A stretch of DNA of 63,439 bases, from sequence record DRR378314_1256. One strand, 5' to 3'. The first letter of the stretch is position 1; each line of letters opens with the position of its first letter. The notes below the pieces were generated by a model that did not search any database, was not told the origin of the DNA, and saw nothing but the letters and a program-made list of their open reading frames with translations. Below, one piece after another: positions 28,554-37,336 of this stretch. The translations under genes were made by a program, and so were the position numbers.

Positions 28554-30591
28554 GGTCACCTCCTGCTTCGGCGGCCGGGTTCGCCGCCGTGCCGTTGCGA
28601 CCAAGGAAAAGCGTGTCCGCCAATCTCGCCGCGGCGTGACGGGTTGCCCGGAGGTATCCCTGCACTTCCTGGCTCTGCTGCTGAAGTTCATCATCCACCA
28701 ACGTGAGCAGATCCGTGCGTGCTGCCGAGAGAGCCTTTTCGACCTCTCCCTGCAATCGTCTCAGCTCGGCCTGACGGGCCTCTACCCGGGCTGTCAGGGC
28801 CTGATTTTCTCCCCCCGACGCCATCTCCTGTTCAATCAGCGCGCGCTGATCGACAAACACCGACATGGCCCGGTCCAGTTCCCGCAGTTGCTTTTCAGCA
28901 GCCCAACGATTGACCGCGTAATCATCGGCAATGCGCCAGTTGAAATAGGCTTTCATCCGCTCGAAGGTCTCACGCTGTTCGCGGGTGGATTCGTCATCCG
29001 GCAGTTGCGACAGGGTCTTTGCCACCTGCGCCAGTCGGTCCGCCAGTTCATGCTGTTCCTGCGTCATGAAGAACCGCATGTCCTCCCTGGCCAATGCGTC
29101 TTCAATAGCGCTGCGATACTCTGCCTGTCGCGCCAGCCATTGATCTGCGTTGAGCGCATCCAGTGCTTCGCGGGTTTCGCGAATACGTTGTTCCCGCTGT
29201 TGGGCACGGGTTTCCAGCATGACATCGAAGGATTCCAGTTGCTTTTGCCATTGGCCAAGGGAATCCCGCAACCGATAGAGCTCATGCAGATCACGCAGGG
29301 ACAACTGAAAGGACTCCGTCGCCAACAAGCCGGCCAGGCTGTAATCCGCCGGCCTGACCTTTACACGCCCGTAGGCATCGGTCAGTACGGTTGTTTCTCC
29401 CGGTTCTGGTCGCACCACAGCCGTTTCCATCGACCCGGCCTGCCCGGGGCTGTCACCCTCACGCACGAAGCGCAGGGCCTCGATCAATCGCGCTTCGGTT
29501 AGCTGCTCCCGCTCATTCGACAGGCGGGTGCTTAGCGACTGGTAATGACTGGCAGCCTCACGGTAGGCCTGAAGCGCCTGCTGCTGGCGATCCATCTGCT
29601 CGAACAGGAATCCGCGGGCATAGGGCACCTGCTGCAGCCAGGGCGTGAACAGCGGGCGTTGTTGAAGGGTATTCAGCGCTTGCAACGCCAGAGCGGCTTT
29701 GCCCTCGCGGGAGGCGGCAACCGCGTAGTCGAACAGGGCCTGGTCAGAAAAAACGCCGTCCAGGGCAATCTGCTCCAGGCTGGTCATCGCGCCTGCAAAG
29801 TCACCCCTGCTTAAATGGAGCCGGCCCATGGAGAGTTTGACCCGCTCGCGAAGCGCGGACATTTCACTGGCCAACGGCGGCTCGAGCTCAGGCAGTTCCT
29901 CAAGCTGGCTATCGAGACTGGCGAGCTCGGCCATCGCTTCTTCCGTCTGGCCTTCCGATAGCCGGCCTACCGCCTGGTTGTAATGCAGGTAGGCGCGCCA
30001 GGGAGAGCTCTCAGGCAGCGCGTCGATCAGGTCGTCAACGGTTTCCCCATTGGTCCCGGCAGTTCCGGCCAGGGCCAGTTGGCCCCGCAGATACAACCAC
30101 TCATGGTACAGCTCGTCGCTTTCGTCCTGCAGCAGCTCGTCGTCCACCCGTTCAAGGGCATCTTGAGCGGCGGCAGGATCCTGTTCCAGGTAGAACACCT
30201 TGCCCAAATAGAACCAGGCCTGGTTGCGAGTGCCCGGCGCCACGGCTGCGTCTTCGTCCAGCAACTTGCGGAACAGTGCCCCGGCTTCGTGGGTCATGCC
30301 GTAGGACAGCATCAGCCCGCCTTCCACCAGGGCGGGATGGTCGCCGTGGCCATCGATGCCACCTTCCTCGGTGGCCACGTTGAGACGAGTCAGCGCCTCG
30401 AACGCGTTGCCCTGATAATACTCGTACAGGGCCACCCCATAGGCGGGATCACTGACGCGCTGCGGCAGTTCATCACCTATAGCCACGGGGCCGTGAAGCA
30501 ACGCCGCAAGCGCGCCGGCAAGACTCAGCCCTGCCGGCGTACCTGCCGCTATTCGGTTCAGCCACTCAATCACGGACCGCGTTACTCCCAC
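28546..30591 (-). CDS. TPR and coiled-coil exported protein (GltC-like)
   Basis: Signal peptide, TPRs (AWFYLGK, YNQAV), long C-terminal coiled coil; overlaps both neighbours. Confidence 0.7.
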   Translation of the reverse strand: MGVTRSVIEWLNRIAAGTPAGLSLAGALAALLHGPVAIGDELPQRVSDPAYGVALYEYYQGNAFEALTRLNVATEEGGIDGHGDHPALVEGGLMLSYGMTHEAGALFRKLLDEDAAVAPGTRNQAWFYLGKVFYLEQDPAAAQDALERVDDELLQDESDELYHEWLYLRGQLALAGTAGTNGETVDDLIDALPESSPWRAYLHYNQAVGRLSEGQTEEAMAELASLDSQLEELPELEPPLASEMSALRERVKLSMGRLHLSRGDFAGAMTSLEQIALDGVFSDQALFDYAVAASREGKAALALQALNTLQQRPLFTPWLQQVPYARGFLFEQMDRQQQALQAYREAASHYQSLSTRLSNEREQLTEARLIEALRFVREGDSPGQAGSMETAVVRPEPGETTVLTDAYGRVKVRPADYSLAGLLATESFQLSLRDLHELYRLRDSLGQWQKQLESFDVMLETRAQQREQRIRETREALDALNADQWLARQAEYRSAIEDALAREDMRFFMTQEQHELADRLAQVAKTLSQLPDDESTREQRETFERMKAYFNWRIADDYAVNRWAAEKQLRELDRAMSVFVDQRALIEQEMASGGENQALTARVEARQAELRRLQGEVEKALSAARTDLLTLVDDELQQQSQEVQGYLRATRHAAARLADTLFLGRNGTAANPAAEAGGDRD

Positions 30592-31133
30592 TCAACAATC
30601 GCCACTTCGGGCTGATAATCAGAGGAGCGGTCGCGGATGCGGACCTCCAGGGCGGCAGTATCGGTGTCCTTCTGAAGTTGATAGGTCGCGGCCTGCTTAT
30701 AGGCGCGGTTATCCGGGCCGATGCCTTCAACAAATACGGTCACCTCGTGTTCGCCCGTCTTGAGGTTGCCGATGTGCAGGCGCTGCATGCCACCACGCTG
30801 AAGAGCCTTGGCCTGGCGCTCGGTATACAGGTGCGCGGCAACGGTTTCGTCATTGACCTTGAGTTTCACCGAATCCAGCTTGAGGAATTCGCCGGTGTCG
30901 AGGCTGAGAAACACCGCAAACTGGGTACTGGCCGGATACAGCAGATCCTCTTCCAGGATGAACAGGTCCCGGTTCAGGCGGATGACCTGCTTCTTCAGCT
31001 CTTCAACGCTCAACGAGACCGCACCGTCGCCAGTTTCGGCTTCGCTATTGTCCTGGGCCACGGCTGCCGGCTGCCAGAACGCCAGTGCGAGGCTGACAAT
31101 GTGCAGTGCGAATGTGTTCTTCAAGGTCATCAT
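30582..31133 (-). CDS. Conserved exported protein of unknown function
   Basis: Signal peptide, short coiled coil (LKKQVIRLNRDLFILEEDLL), beta-rich C-terminus; no HTH. Confidence 0.75.
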   Translation of the reverse strand: MMTLKNTFALHIVSLALAFWQPAAVAQDNSEAETGDGAVSLSVEELKKQVIRLNRDLFILEEDLLYPASTQFAVFLSLDTGEFLKLDSVKLKVNDETVAAHLYTERQAKALQRGGMQRLHIGNLKTGEHEVTVFVEGIGPDNRAYKQAATYQLQKDTDTAALEVRIRDRSSDYQPEVAIVEWE

Positions 31134-31153
31134 GTTGAATCGTCCCGACCTGG

Positions 31154-32323
31154 TCAGTATTCAAGAATCAGCGATGCCCGGGTTACAAAGGCATCGAACG
31201 AATAAAGGGGTTCTTCCCCCGGCAGGAAACTGCCAGAGGCCGTCACATCCCGGAAGTTGTCGTAGCTGAAATCGAGCCAGTCCACCAAGAGGCTGGCCTG
31301 CAGGCGCTGAATGCCCGGCAACGAGGTCTGCTTCCACTCGTACACCACGCCGCCACCGAGGGTGGTGCCGGAAAACGCACTCATTTCCTTATCCCGCGCC
31401 AAGTGGGTCTGGGAGTTTTCGAAGGCGTAGAGGTCGCTGTAGAAATCCGCCTCGTCCTGGACGTAGTAACGGGCACGCCCTTCCAGCGTCCAGCGGGGAT
31501 TCAGGGCGTGAACGTAAGCGAGCTCGAAGGTCTGGGCATCGATGCCCCAGCTGTCACTGAAATAGCGGAATTCACCGCGAATCGAGGCACGGTAAGGCAG
31601 GTAATAAAGGGCCCGGGTGGCCACGGAGAAACTGGTGCGGGTCTCCGGGTACCGCTCGGGCTGGTAGAGAAATTGGGTGGAGTTGCTCGGGTCAATGTAG
31701 CGATTACGGCGATAGGGATTCTCCAGGTAGCCTTCGTCCGTCACCACTTCCAGGTCAACGCCCAGCAGGCTGTTGCGGGTCATGACCTGGCTCAGACCCA
31801 GTTGGTAATTCTGGCGATCAGCGTCTTCACTGAACGATTCGTTTCCCCTGACACCCACCTCGTCCTGCCCCCGCGCATAACCCAGGGTGACCGTGGACAT
31901 GCCGCCGAAGAATTCCTGGCTGGCAGAGAAGTAGACGGTGTTGGCTTCGTAATCGTTCTCTGAGCTGTTGGTGTAACCCAGGCTCAGGATGGAGTCCTCA
32001 TGGAGGTAATCGACTCCAAGGGTGTATTCCGTGCGCTCTTCGGTGTATTCACTGGCCAGCGCCACCACATCCACGGACGCGGCGGATACCATGTCCACGT
32101 AATACTGGCCGGACACCGATACCTGCGGGCCAGCACTCTTACGCACCAGCACGGAGGGGCCATCAATGACCATGCCGCCGCCATCATAGCGGTGATAAAG
32201 GACATCCACGTTATCCTGCGGCAGGGTGGCGGCCGTCGCGAGTTGGCCGAGCAGCAGCCAACACATCAGGCCCGTTACCAGGGCGGAGAAAAGCCCGGAG
32301 CGATCAGTTACAGCCACAACCAC
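31154..32323 (-). CDS. DUF3570 family outer-membrane barrel protein
   Basis: VDMVSAASVDVV, SSENDY, GYLENPYR, RYFSDSWGI; C-terminal Tyr; adjacent to DUF4266. Confidence 0.8.
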   Translation of the reverse strand: MVVAVTDRSGLFSALVTGLMCWLLLGQLATAATLPQDNVDVLYHRYDGGGMVIDGPSVLVRKSAGPQVSVSGQYYVDMVSAASVDVVALASEYTEERTEYTLGVDYLHEDSILSLGYTNSSENDYEANTVYFSASQEFFGGMSTVTLGYARGQDEVGVRGNESFSEDADRQNYQLGLSQVMTRNSLLGVDLEVVTDEGYLENPYRRNRYIDPSNSTQFLYQPERYPETRTSFSVATRALYYLPYRASIRGEFRYFSDSWGIDAQTFELAYVHALNPRWTLEGRARYYVQDEADFYSDLYAFENSQTHLARDKEMSAFSGTTLGGGVVYEWKQTSLPGIQRLQASLLVDWLDFSYDNFRDVTASGSFLPGEEPLYSFDAFVTRASLILEY

Positions 32324-32543
32324 CTCCGGAGCCGCCTTCCGACCCCCTTGCTGATTCGCGAGCCTGATAAACGTGATGCATATAGGAGTCCGCTTTCCCG
32401 TGCCGGCTCAGGCTCATGACCGGGTCTGCGAGTTTGTCCCGCTCATAGGGCTTTACCCAGGGCTTGATATCGCTACAACCGGCAGCCCCCGCTGTCATGA
32501 GAATCACGATTGCCGACGCCATCACTGCTTTAAAAGGGTTCAT
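32304..32543 (-). CDS. DUF4266 family small lipoprotein
   Basis: Lipobox AAGC, VKPYER, C-terminal RESARG...GGGCGCN. Confidence 0.85.
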   Translation of the reverse strand: MNPFKAVMASAIVILMTAGAAGCSDIKPWVKPYERDKLADPVMSLSRHGKADSYMHHVYQARESARGSEGGSGGGCGCN

Positions 32544-32561
32544 ACACTCACCTGCCTTGGG

Positions 32562-33062
32562 CTATTCCCGCACCAGTTGCCGGATCTGCGCCTCGTAGTC
32601 GTCTTCATAGCCGGGCTGGTAGCCATGATGCAGAAAGCGGGCATTGCCATCGCGGTCAATCATGACCGTGGTCGGCATGGCCTGGACTTCGTATTGTTCG
32701 CTGACGTCACTTTCCGGGTCATAAAGGATCGGATAGCTGACCGGCACCTTGTCCAGGAAACGATGTGCCTCGTCGCGGTTCTCATCCACATTGACCGCCA
32801 GGATGGTGAAACCGAGATCTTTGTACTGGGCGTACAGATCGTCCATCAACGGCATTTCCTGCCGACAGGGGCCGCACCAGGACGCCCAGAAGTTGAGCAT
32901 GACCACTTCCCCACGGAAATCCTGCAGCCGCAAGTTCTCGCCCTGACGACTTTCCAGGGTGAAGTCCGGCGCTGGAATGTTCATTTCCTCCGCCTGGACG
33001 GTTGAAACGCCTACGAGTGTGGCCAGGGTCAGGGCCAATCCTAAAAATCGTGTTGTCATCAT
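32562..33062 (-). CDS. TlpA/ResA-like periplasmic thiol-disulfide oxidoreductase
   Basis: APDFTL, LNFWASWCGPCRQEMP, cis-Pro MPTT. Confidence 0.92.
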   Translation of the reverse strand: MMTTRFLGLALTLATLVGVSTVQAEEMNIPAPDFTLESRQGENLRLQDFRGEVVMLNFWASWCGPCRQEMPLMDDLYAQYKDLGFTILAVNVDENRDEAHRFLDKVPVSYPILYDPESDVSEQYEVQAMPTTVMIDRDGNARFLHHGYQPGYEDDYEAQIRQLVRE

Positions 33063-33074
33063 TGACTCCTGTTA

Positions 33075-33722
33075 TCAGAAAAAGACAGAGAGGCCACCGC
33101 TGACCTCGGTGTTCAGGGACGTTTTTTCCTCGCCCAGCACGTCGATCCGGTAGAAGTGTTCACGAACCCCCAGATGAATCGACACACTGTCCGTCAGCAA
33201 CACCTGGTAACCAGCCCCTACATTGACGGTAAACCGTGTGTCGCCGGCAAAGTCCGTGGCGCCGGCCCCGCCGATCAGATAGAAATTGGTGTTAAAGGCG
33301 TAGTTCTCGGTCAGGAAGGCCTCACCGGGCAGTACATTCATGCCAATGTTGATGTTGTAGTAGCGGTAGTCCCGGTCTTCATCTGAAAGCACCCGAACGT
33401 CCCCGGCCAGCTTTTCGAAACTGGTTTCGCCGCCTTCGGCAAACCCCACATTGGCCTCAAAGAAGAAGGTTTCGCTGAGGTGGTAGGTCAGCTTGCCGCC
33501 CCACAGGAACGACGACTCGAAATCCTCGATATTGATGATGCCGGCAAACGCACCGATCTCGAAATTCTCGGTGTCGATTAACGCCTCGTCGACCTTCTGG
33601 GGCCGCACGTCAGGATCGATCAATGGTCGGTCGTCCTCCTGGGCACTGACGGCAGGTGGCACCAGCATCAGGCCCGCAAACGGCAGGACGGTCAGAAGAA
33701 TATGCTTAATCCGATTTTCCAT
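33075..33722 (-). CDS. Small outer-membrane beta-barrel protein (GltA/B-like class)
   Basis: Signal peptide, alternating amphipathic strands, C-terminal SVFF. Confidence 0.75.
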   Translation of the reverse strand: MENRIKHILLTVLPFAGLMLVPPAVSAQEDDRPLIDPDVRPQKVDEALIDTENFEIGAFAGIINIEDFESSFLWGGKLTYHLSETFFFEANVGFAEGGETSFEKLAGDVRVLSDEDRDYRYYNINIGMNVLPGEAFLTENYAFNTNFYLIGGAGATDFAGDTRFTVNVGAGYQVLLTDSVSIHLGVREHFYRIDVLGEEKTSLNTEVSGGLSVFF

Positions 33723-34444
33723 TCTGTTGCTTCTTCGTTGGTTGCCCGATTAGTAAAAATCTTATAGTCCTTGACCTCGGCACGGATAAAATAGTTGTCC
33801 GTGACGTAGGCGCGCACGCCCAAGCCGGCGTGCCCAATGCTGTTGTCCCGATCATCGGGGGCCGCCAGGGTGGCCTTGGGCTCGATGAAAATATGCCCTA
33901 CGCCCAGCGTGAAGAAGGGCGAAATACGCCAGTGTGGAAACGGCTGGTGCACGATGTTGGCGTTCACCATGCGAATCTCGGAGGCGCTTCCCAGCACCTG
34001 CGACCCCCAGAGCTCCGCCGACAGGTTGCGGGTCAGAAGATAGCCGCCGTAAATGGCGGTCACCGCCGCTCCCTCGAACTCACCCATCATCAACCCGGCT
34101 TCCCAGCTGCGGCTGCTGAAGTCGTCAAAACGTGGATTGGTGAGTGAGACCTGTTCGCCCTCGCCATCCAGTGTCAGTTGCACATCGTCTATGTGCACCC
34201 AGCCTTCCCGCCCCTTACGGTCGGTCACCTTCAGCCAGGAGGTCTTGCGCATACGCAGTGTCAACCACTCGCCCTTCTCGCTGGTATGGAATACCGGATA
34301 GCCCACGGCCGGCCCGGTACGCCATTCCACAAAGGGCTCCGCCACCTGAACCTGGGGCATCGGCTCGTCGGCACCGCCCCACAGCCAGTCGGCGGCAGCG
34401 GACAGGGGCGCGGTTAGCAACAGCAGTATCAGGGCCAGTCTCAT
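33692..34444 (-). CDS. SH3 domain fused to outer-membrane beta-barrel
   Basis: WRTGPAVGYPV...WLKV...EGWV bacterial SH3 pattern; barrel strands ending SIFF. Confidence 0.75.
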   Translation of the reverse strand: MRLALILLLLTAPLSAAADWLWGGADEPMPQVQVAEPFVEWRTGPAVGYPVFHTSEKGEWLTLRMRKTSWLKVTDRKGREGWVHIDDVQLTLDGEGEQVSLTNPRFDDFSSRSWEAGLMMGEFEGAAVTAIYGGYLLTRNLSAELWGSQVLGSASEIRMVNANIVHQPFPHWRISPFFTLGVGHIFIEPKATLAAPDDRDNSIGHAGLGVRAYVTDNYFIRAEVKDYKIFTNRATNEEATEWKIGLSIFF

Positions 34445-34464
34445 GGTTAACCGTTCGGGTCCTA

Positions 34465-37113
34465 TCAGTCTGCCGGAGCATCAAAGGGGTTGTTGTAGTA
34501 CTGGCCACCGACATCAAGCCATTCGGCAATCAGGCGCAGCTCGGCCGGGGTGAGAAAGCCTTCGTGACTGCCCCCCCCACGGAACCGGTTGAAAAAATTG
34601 CCACTGGCGCGGGCGCCATTGACGGACATGGTGGGAGGTACGTTGACGTTCACCAGGATGGGGATGGGATTATCGTCATCATCCAGGATCAGCTCTCCGT
34701 CTTCGTCCCGCAGGAACTCCCCGGATTCGACCTGTACGTCAACCAGCTGGTCACCCATCAGTTCCTGTTCGTTGTCGTTAAACAACAACTCCCGATAGGA
34801 CTTGAAGTGATCCGGCTCATCCGACGAAGGACCATCACTGAGGTCCAGTTGCGCCTCCGGCAGTTGGGTCGCCTCATCCACGGCGGTATCCGAATGACAT
34901 CCCGTACAGGTGTAATCATCGATGTTGCCGGCCCCGTCATCAACGATTCTCTCGAGCCCCCACAACGGATGGATATGTTGCTCGTAATTGATGACCGTTC
35001 GACAGGCGCCGCGCCAGTCATCGGCGCATTCGGGACGAATCGGCGCGGGCGTATCAAGGTCTGCATAACTCAGCGAGAAGGCGGTGCCCGGTGTGAGACC
35101 GGCGTCACCGGGATCTGTCCACTGGTCGACGTAGACAGCATCTGGGCCAAGGCGACGGATTTCGTTCACCCGGGCCCAGGTTTCTGCCATGGTTTCACCC
35201 ATGTCAGCGAACAATGCGGGGTCGGTATTCGGGAATTCAATGCCAGTGGTCGGCGCGCCCGCGTAGACCGGGGCCGGCCCTGCATCCGGGCGGCCATGAG
35301 GCACCGCACTTCCAGGGTTATGGCAACCATTGCATGACAGGGTTTCTCCGGGCCGAACGTTCAACCAGTTCTGGTGGCGGGGCCCAATCCGACGCCCCTC
35401 ATCGTCCACCACGCTGATGGCAAACGCGACGTTAGCGGGCACAGCCACCCTAACGGATCCATCCGGCTCAACCGGCACGTACCCGAGAATCTCCCGCATC
35501 GACTGCGCCTGACTGCGGCCAAAGGCGGTGTTATCGAAGTCCCTGACCTCTTCATCAGGAATCGAGACCGGCTTCTCGAGGCGCAGAAAGCGCACGGGCA
35601 AGTCGTCAGCTGGAACAACCGCCGGGTTGGCGGTCTGGCCAATGCCCGCAGGAGACGTATCCACCCCATCAATGTCGTAGACACTGCGGATCTGGAGTAT
35701 GCCAAGACCGTCCTCGGCCAGCGTGGCCGCATCGCCGGAGAACTGAGATTCCGGAATAAACGTTGGCAGTGGCCTTGAGGCCATCAGTATCGCCTCGTCA
35801 AACTGTTGACCTTCTTCGGGCGACTGAATCGGACGCTGGGTGCCGGACGTCATATCCAGTAACCATAACCCGTAAACCGGGGCGGCGGCCCGGTAGGCAC
35901 CCGAGGCAATCCGTTCCTGAGTGCAGTTGAGGATATCGCCATCGCCATTGGCAAGCCTCAGCCGGCAAGGGCTCCAGCTAACGAGGTAGCGGCGGGTGCC
36001 ATCCAGAAACGGCGACACTGAACTGTAGTTTCCTCGCAACGAAATCTCGTTACCCAGAGACAATCCATTCACCAGCGACGTTTGTGCCGAGCCAGGGTTG
36101 CCGTCGACACGGATGCCTGCCTCGACATAATTCTCTACATCAATCTCTACCGGAACTGCCCCAAAGTTGTTGGTTTCGGTGGGCCGAAGCTGCGCCAGTA
36201 GTCGACCGGAATCCGTCGCTTGCGGGCGCAGATACTCAATGTTTACGTCATCGCTGACTGAGCCATGAGAGTGGCGACCATAAAGGTAACTGAGCCCGGT
36301 GCCGTCCGGGTTGACCTTGTAAAGATTGAACCCGTTGCCCTGGGTCTGGCCGGCGTTGTCCCAGCGGCTGAACACAATGGTGCCTTCATCCGTTACCAAT
36401 GGGTCCAGGTCGTGACTCTGGTTGAATGTGATCTGCTCGATGGTGTCTCCATCGGCACTCATCACGTGCAGGACGAAGGCGGGCACCTCACGTTCCTCGT
36501 CCAGTGCCGGATACTGGGGCTTGCCCTCGTCCAGAAGAATCGCGCGGGACACCCTTTGACGCGTGGATGAGAAGACGATGCGGCCGTCAGGCAGGTAGGC
36601 AGGCGCAATATCCTGGCCCGCCTCGGCGGTAACGTCAGAATCGATAACGCGGCGGAGATTGCCGGAAGCGACGTCGTACTCCCAGATGTTCCAGGTCGGC
36701 TGCTCGTCCTCATCGGCGTCTTCAATCTCCGGCGCCCTCATGGCGAAGAGAACCCGGGTGCCATCGAAGGACACGTTGAGATCCTTGACGTCGTAGCCAA
36801 GCGGTCCAGGGAACGCCGATGACGTGATATCACGCGATGGAGAGTCGGGAGACGCGCGATCCTTCAGGAACAGGCGTGCGCCGGGACGAAACTCCGCCGG
36901 TTCAGCCAGGTTGTCGCCGATAAGTGCGCCGTTATCCTCGTCAAAAAGCAGGGGGCGTTTTACAAAGACGACGGGATTTTCAACGACCACCGGGTCACTG
37001 GACTGACTATCGCCGCTTTGGAGACACCCTGCAGCCAGCGCAACAGGAAGAAGCGCGAAAACCCGGCCAACAACAGCCAGATAGCACCGTAACCCGCTGA
37101 CGCAAGAGGACAT
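34465..37113 (-). CDS. PD40 beta-propeller / hydrazine-synthase-alpha-like diheme lipoprotein (start uncertain, up to 37170)
   Basis: Lipobox AAGC; PAYLPDGRIVFSSTR and DPLVTDEGTIVFSRWD repeats; VEPDGSV...PGETLSCNGCH; second heme site CTGCH. Confidence 0.75.
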   Translation of the reverse strand: MSSCVSGLRCYLAVVGRVFALLPVALAAGCLQSGDSQSSDPVVVENPVVFVKRPLLFDEDNGALIGDNLAEPAEFRPGARLFLKDRASPDSPSRDITSSAFPGPLGYDVKDLNVSFDGTRVLFAMRAPEIEDADEDEQPTWNIWEYDVASGNLRRVIDSDVTAEAGQDIAPAYLPDGRIVFSSTRQRVSRAILLDEGKPQYPALDEEREVPAFVLHVMSADGDTIEQITFNQSHDLDPLVTDEGTIVFSRWDNAGQTQGNGFNLYKVNPDGTGLSYLYGRHSHGSVSDDVNIEYLRPQATDSGRLLAQLRPTETNNFGAVPVEIDVENYVEAGIRVDGNPGSAQTSLVNGLSLGNEISLRGNYSSVSPFLDGTRRYLVSWSPCRLRLANGDGDILNCTQERIASGAYRAAAPVYGLWLLDMTSGTQRPIQSPEEGQQFDEAILMASRPLPTFIPESQFSGDAATLAEDGLGILQIRSVYDIDGVDTSPAGIGQTANPAVVPADDLPVRFLRLEKPVSIPDEEVRDFDNTAFGRSQAQSMREILGYVPVEPDGSVRVAVPANVAFAISVVDDEGRRIGPRHQNWLNVRPGETLSCNGCHNPGSAVPHGRPDAGPAPVYAGAPTTGIEFPNTDPALFADMGETMAETWARVNEIRRLGPDAVYVDQWTDPGDAGLTPGTAFSLSYADLDTPAPIRPECADDWRGACRTVINYEQHIHPLWGLERIVDDGAGNIDDYTCTGCHSDTAVDEATQLPEAQLDLSDGPSSDEPDHFKSYRELLFNDNEQELMGDQLVDVQVESGEFLRDEDGELILDDDDNPIPILVNVNVPPTMSVNGARASGNFFNRFRGGGSHEGFLTPAELRLIAEWLDVGGQYYNNPFDAPAD

Positions 37114-37336
37114 TTTATTTTCGTAATGTTTAGTCACCACCAACGAACCCTGTTTGGCCTGAAAATCCATTTACATACGCTAAGTCGAGACGGGGCCTAT
37201 GCTCCAAGGCTTTTACGTAACGCTATGTAATAACGTGGAGCAGCCCTCAAAACCGCAGTTAATAGCTCGCCTAGACTTTAATCAATTGTAAAATGGTACT
37301 AATGTGCGAATGCTAACGAAATCGAGGGAATCGATC

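Noticed and set aside
30582-31133. AraC-family regulator (a label I recall for similar proteins)
   Set aside because: Has a signal peptide and no helix-turn-helix
34465-37170. Anammox hydrazine synthase
   Set aside because: Only alpha-like domain similarity; no beta/gamma subunits or hydrazine dehydrogenase, and the context is a heterotroph with cbb3 oxidase
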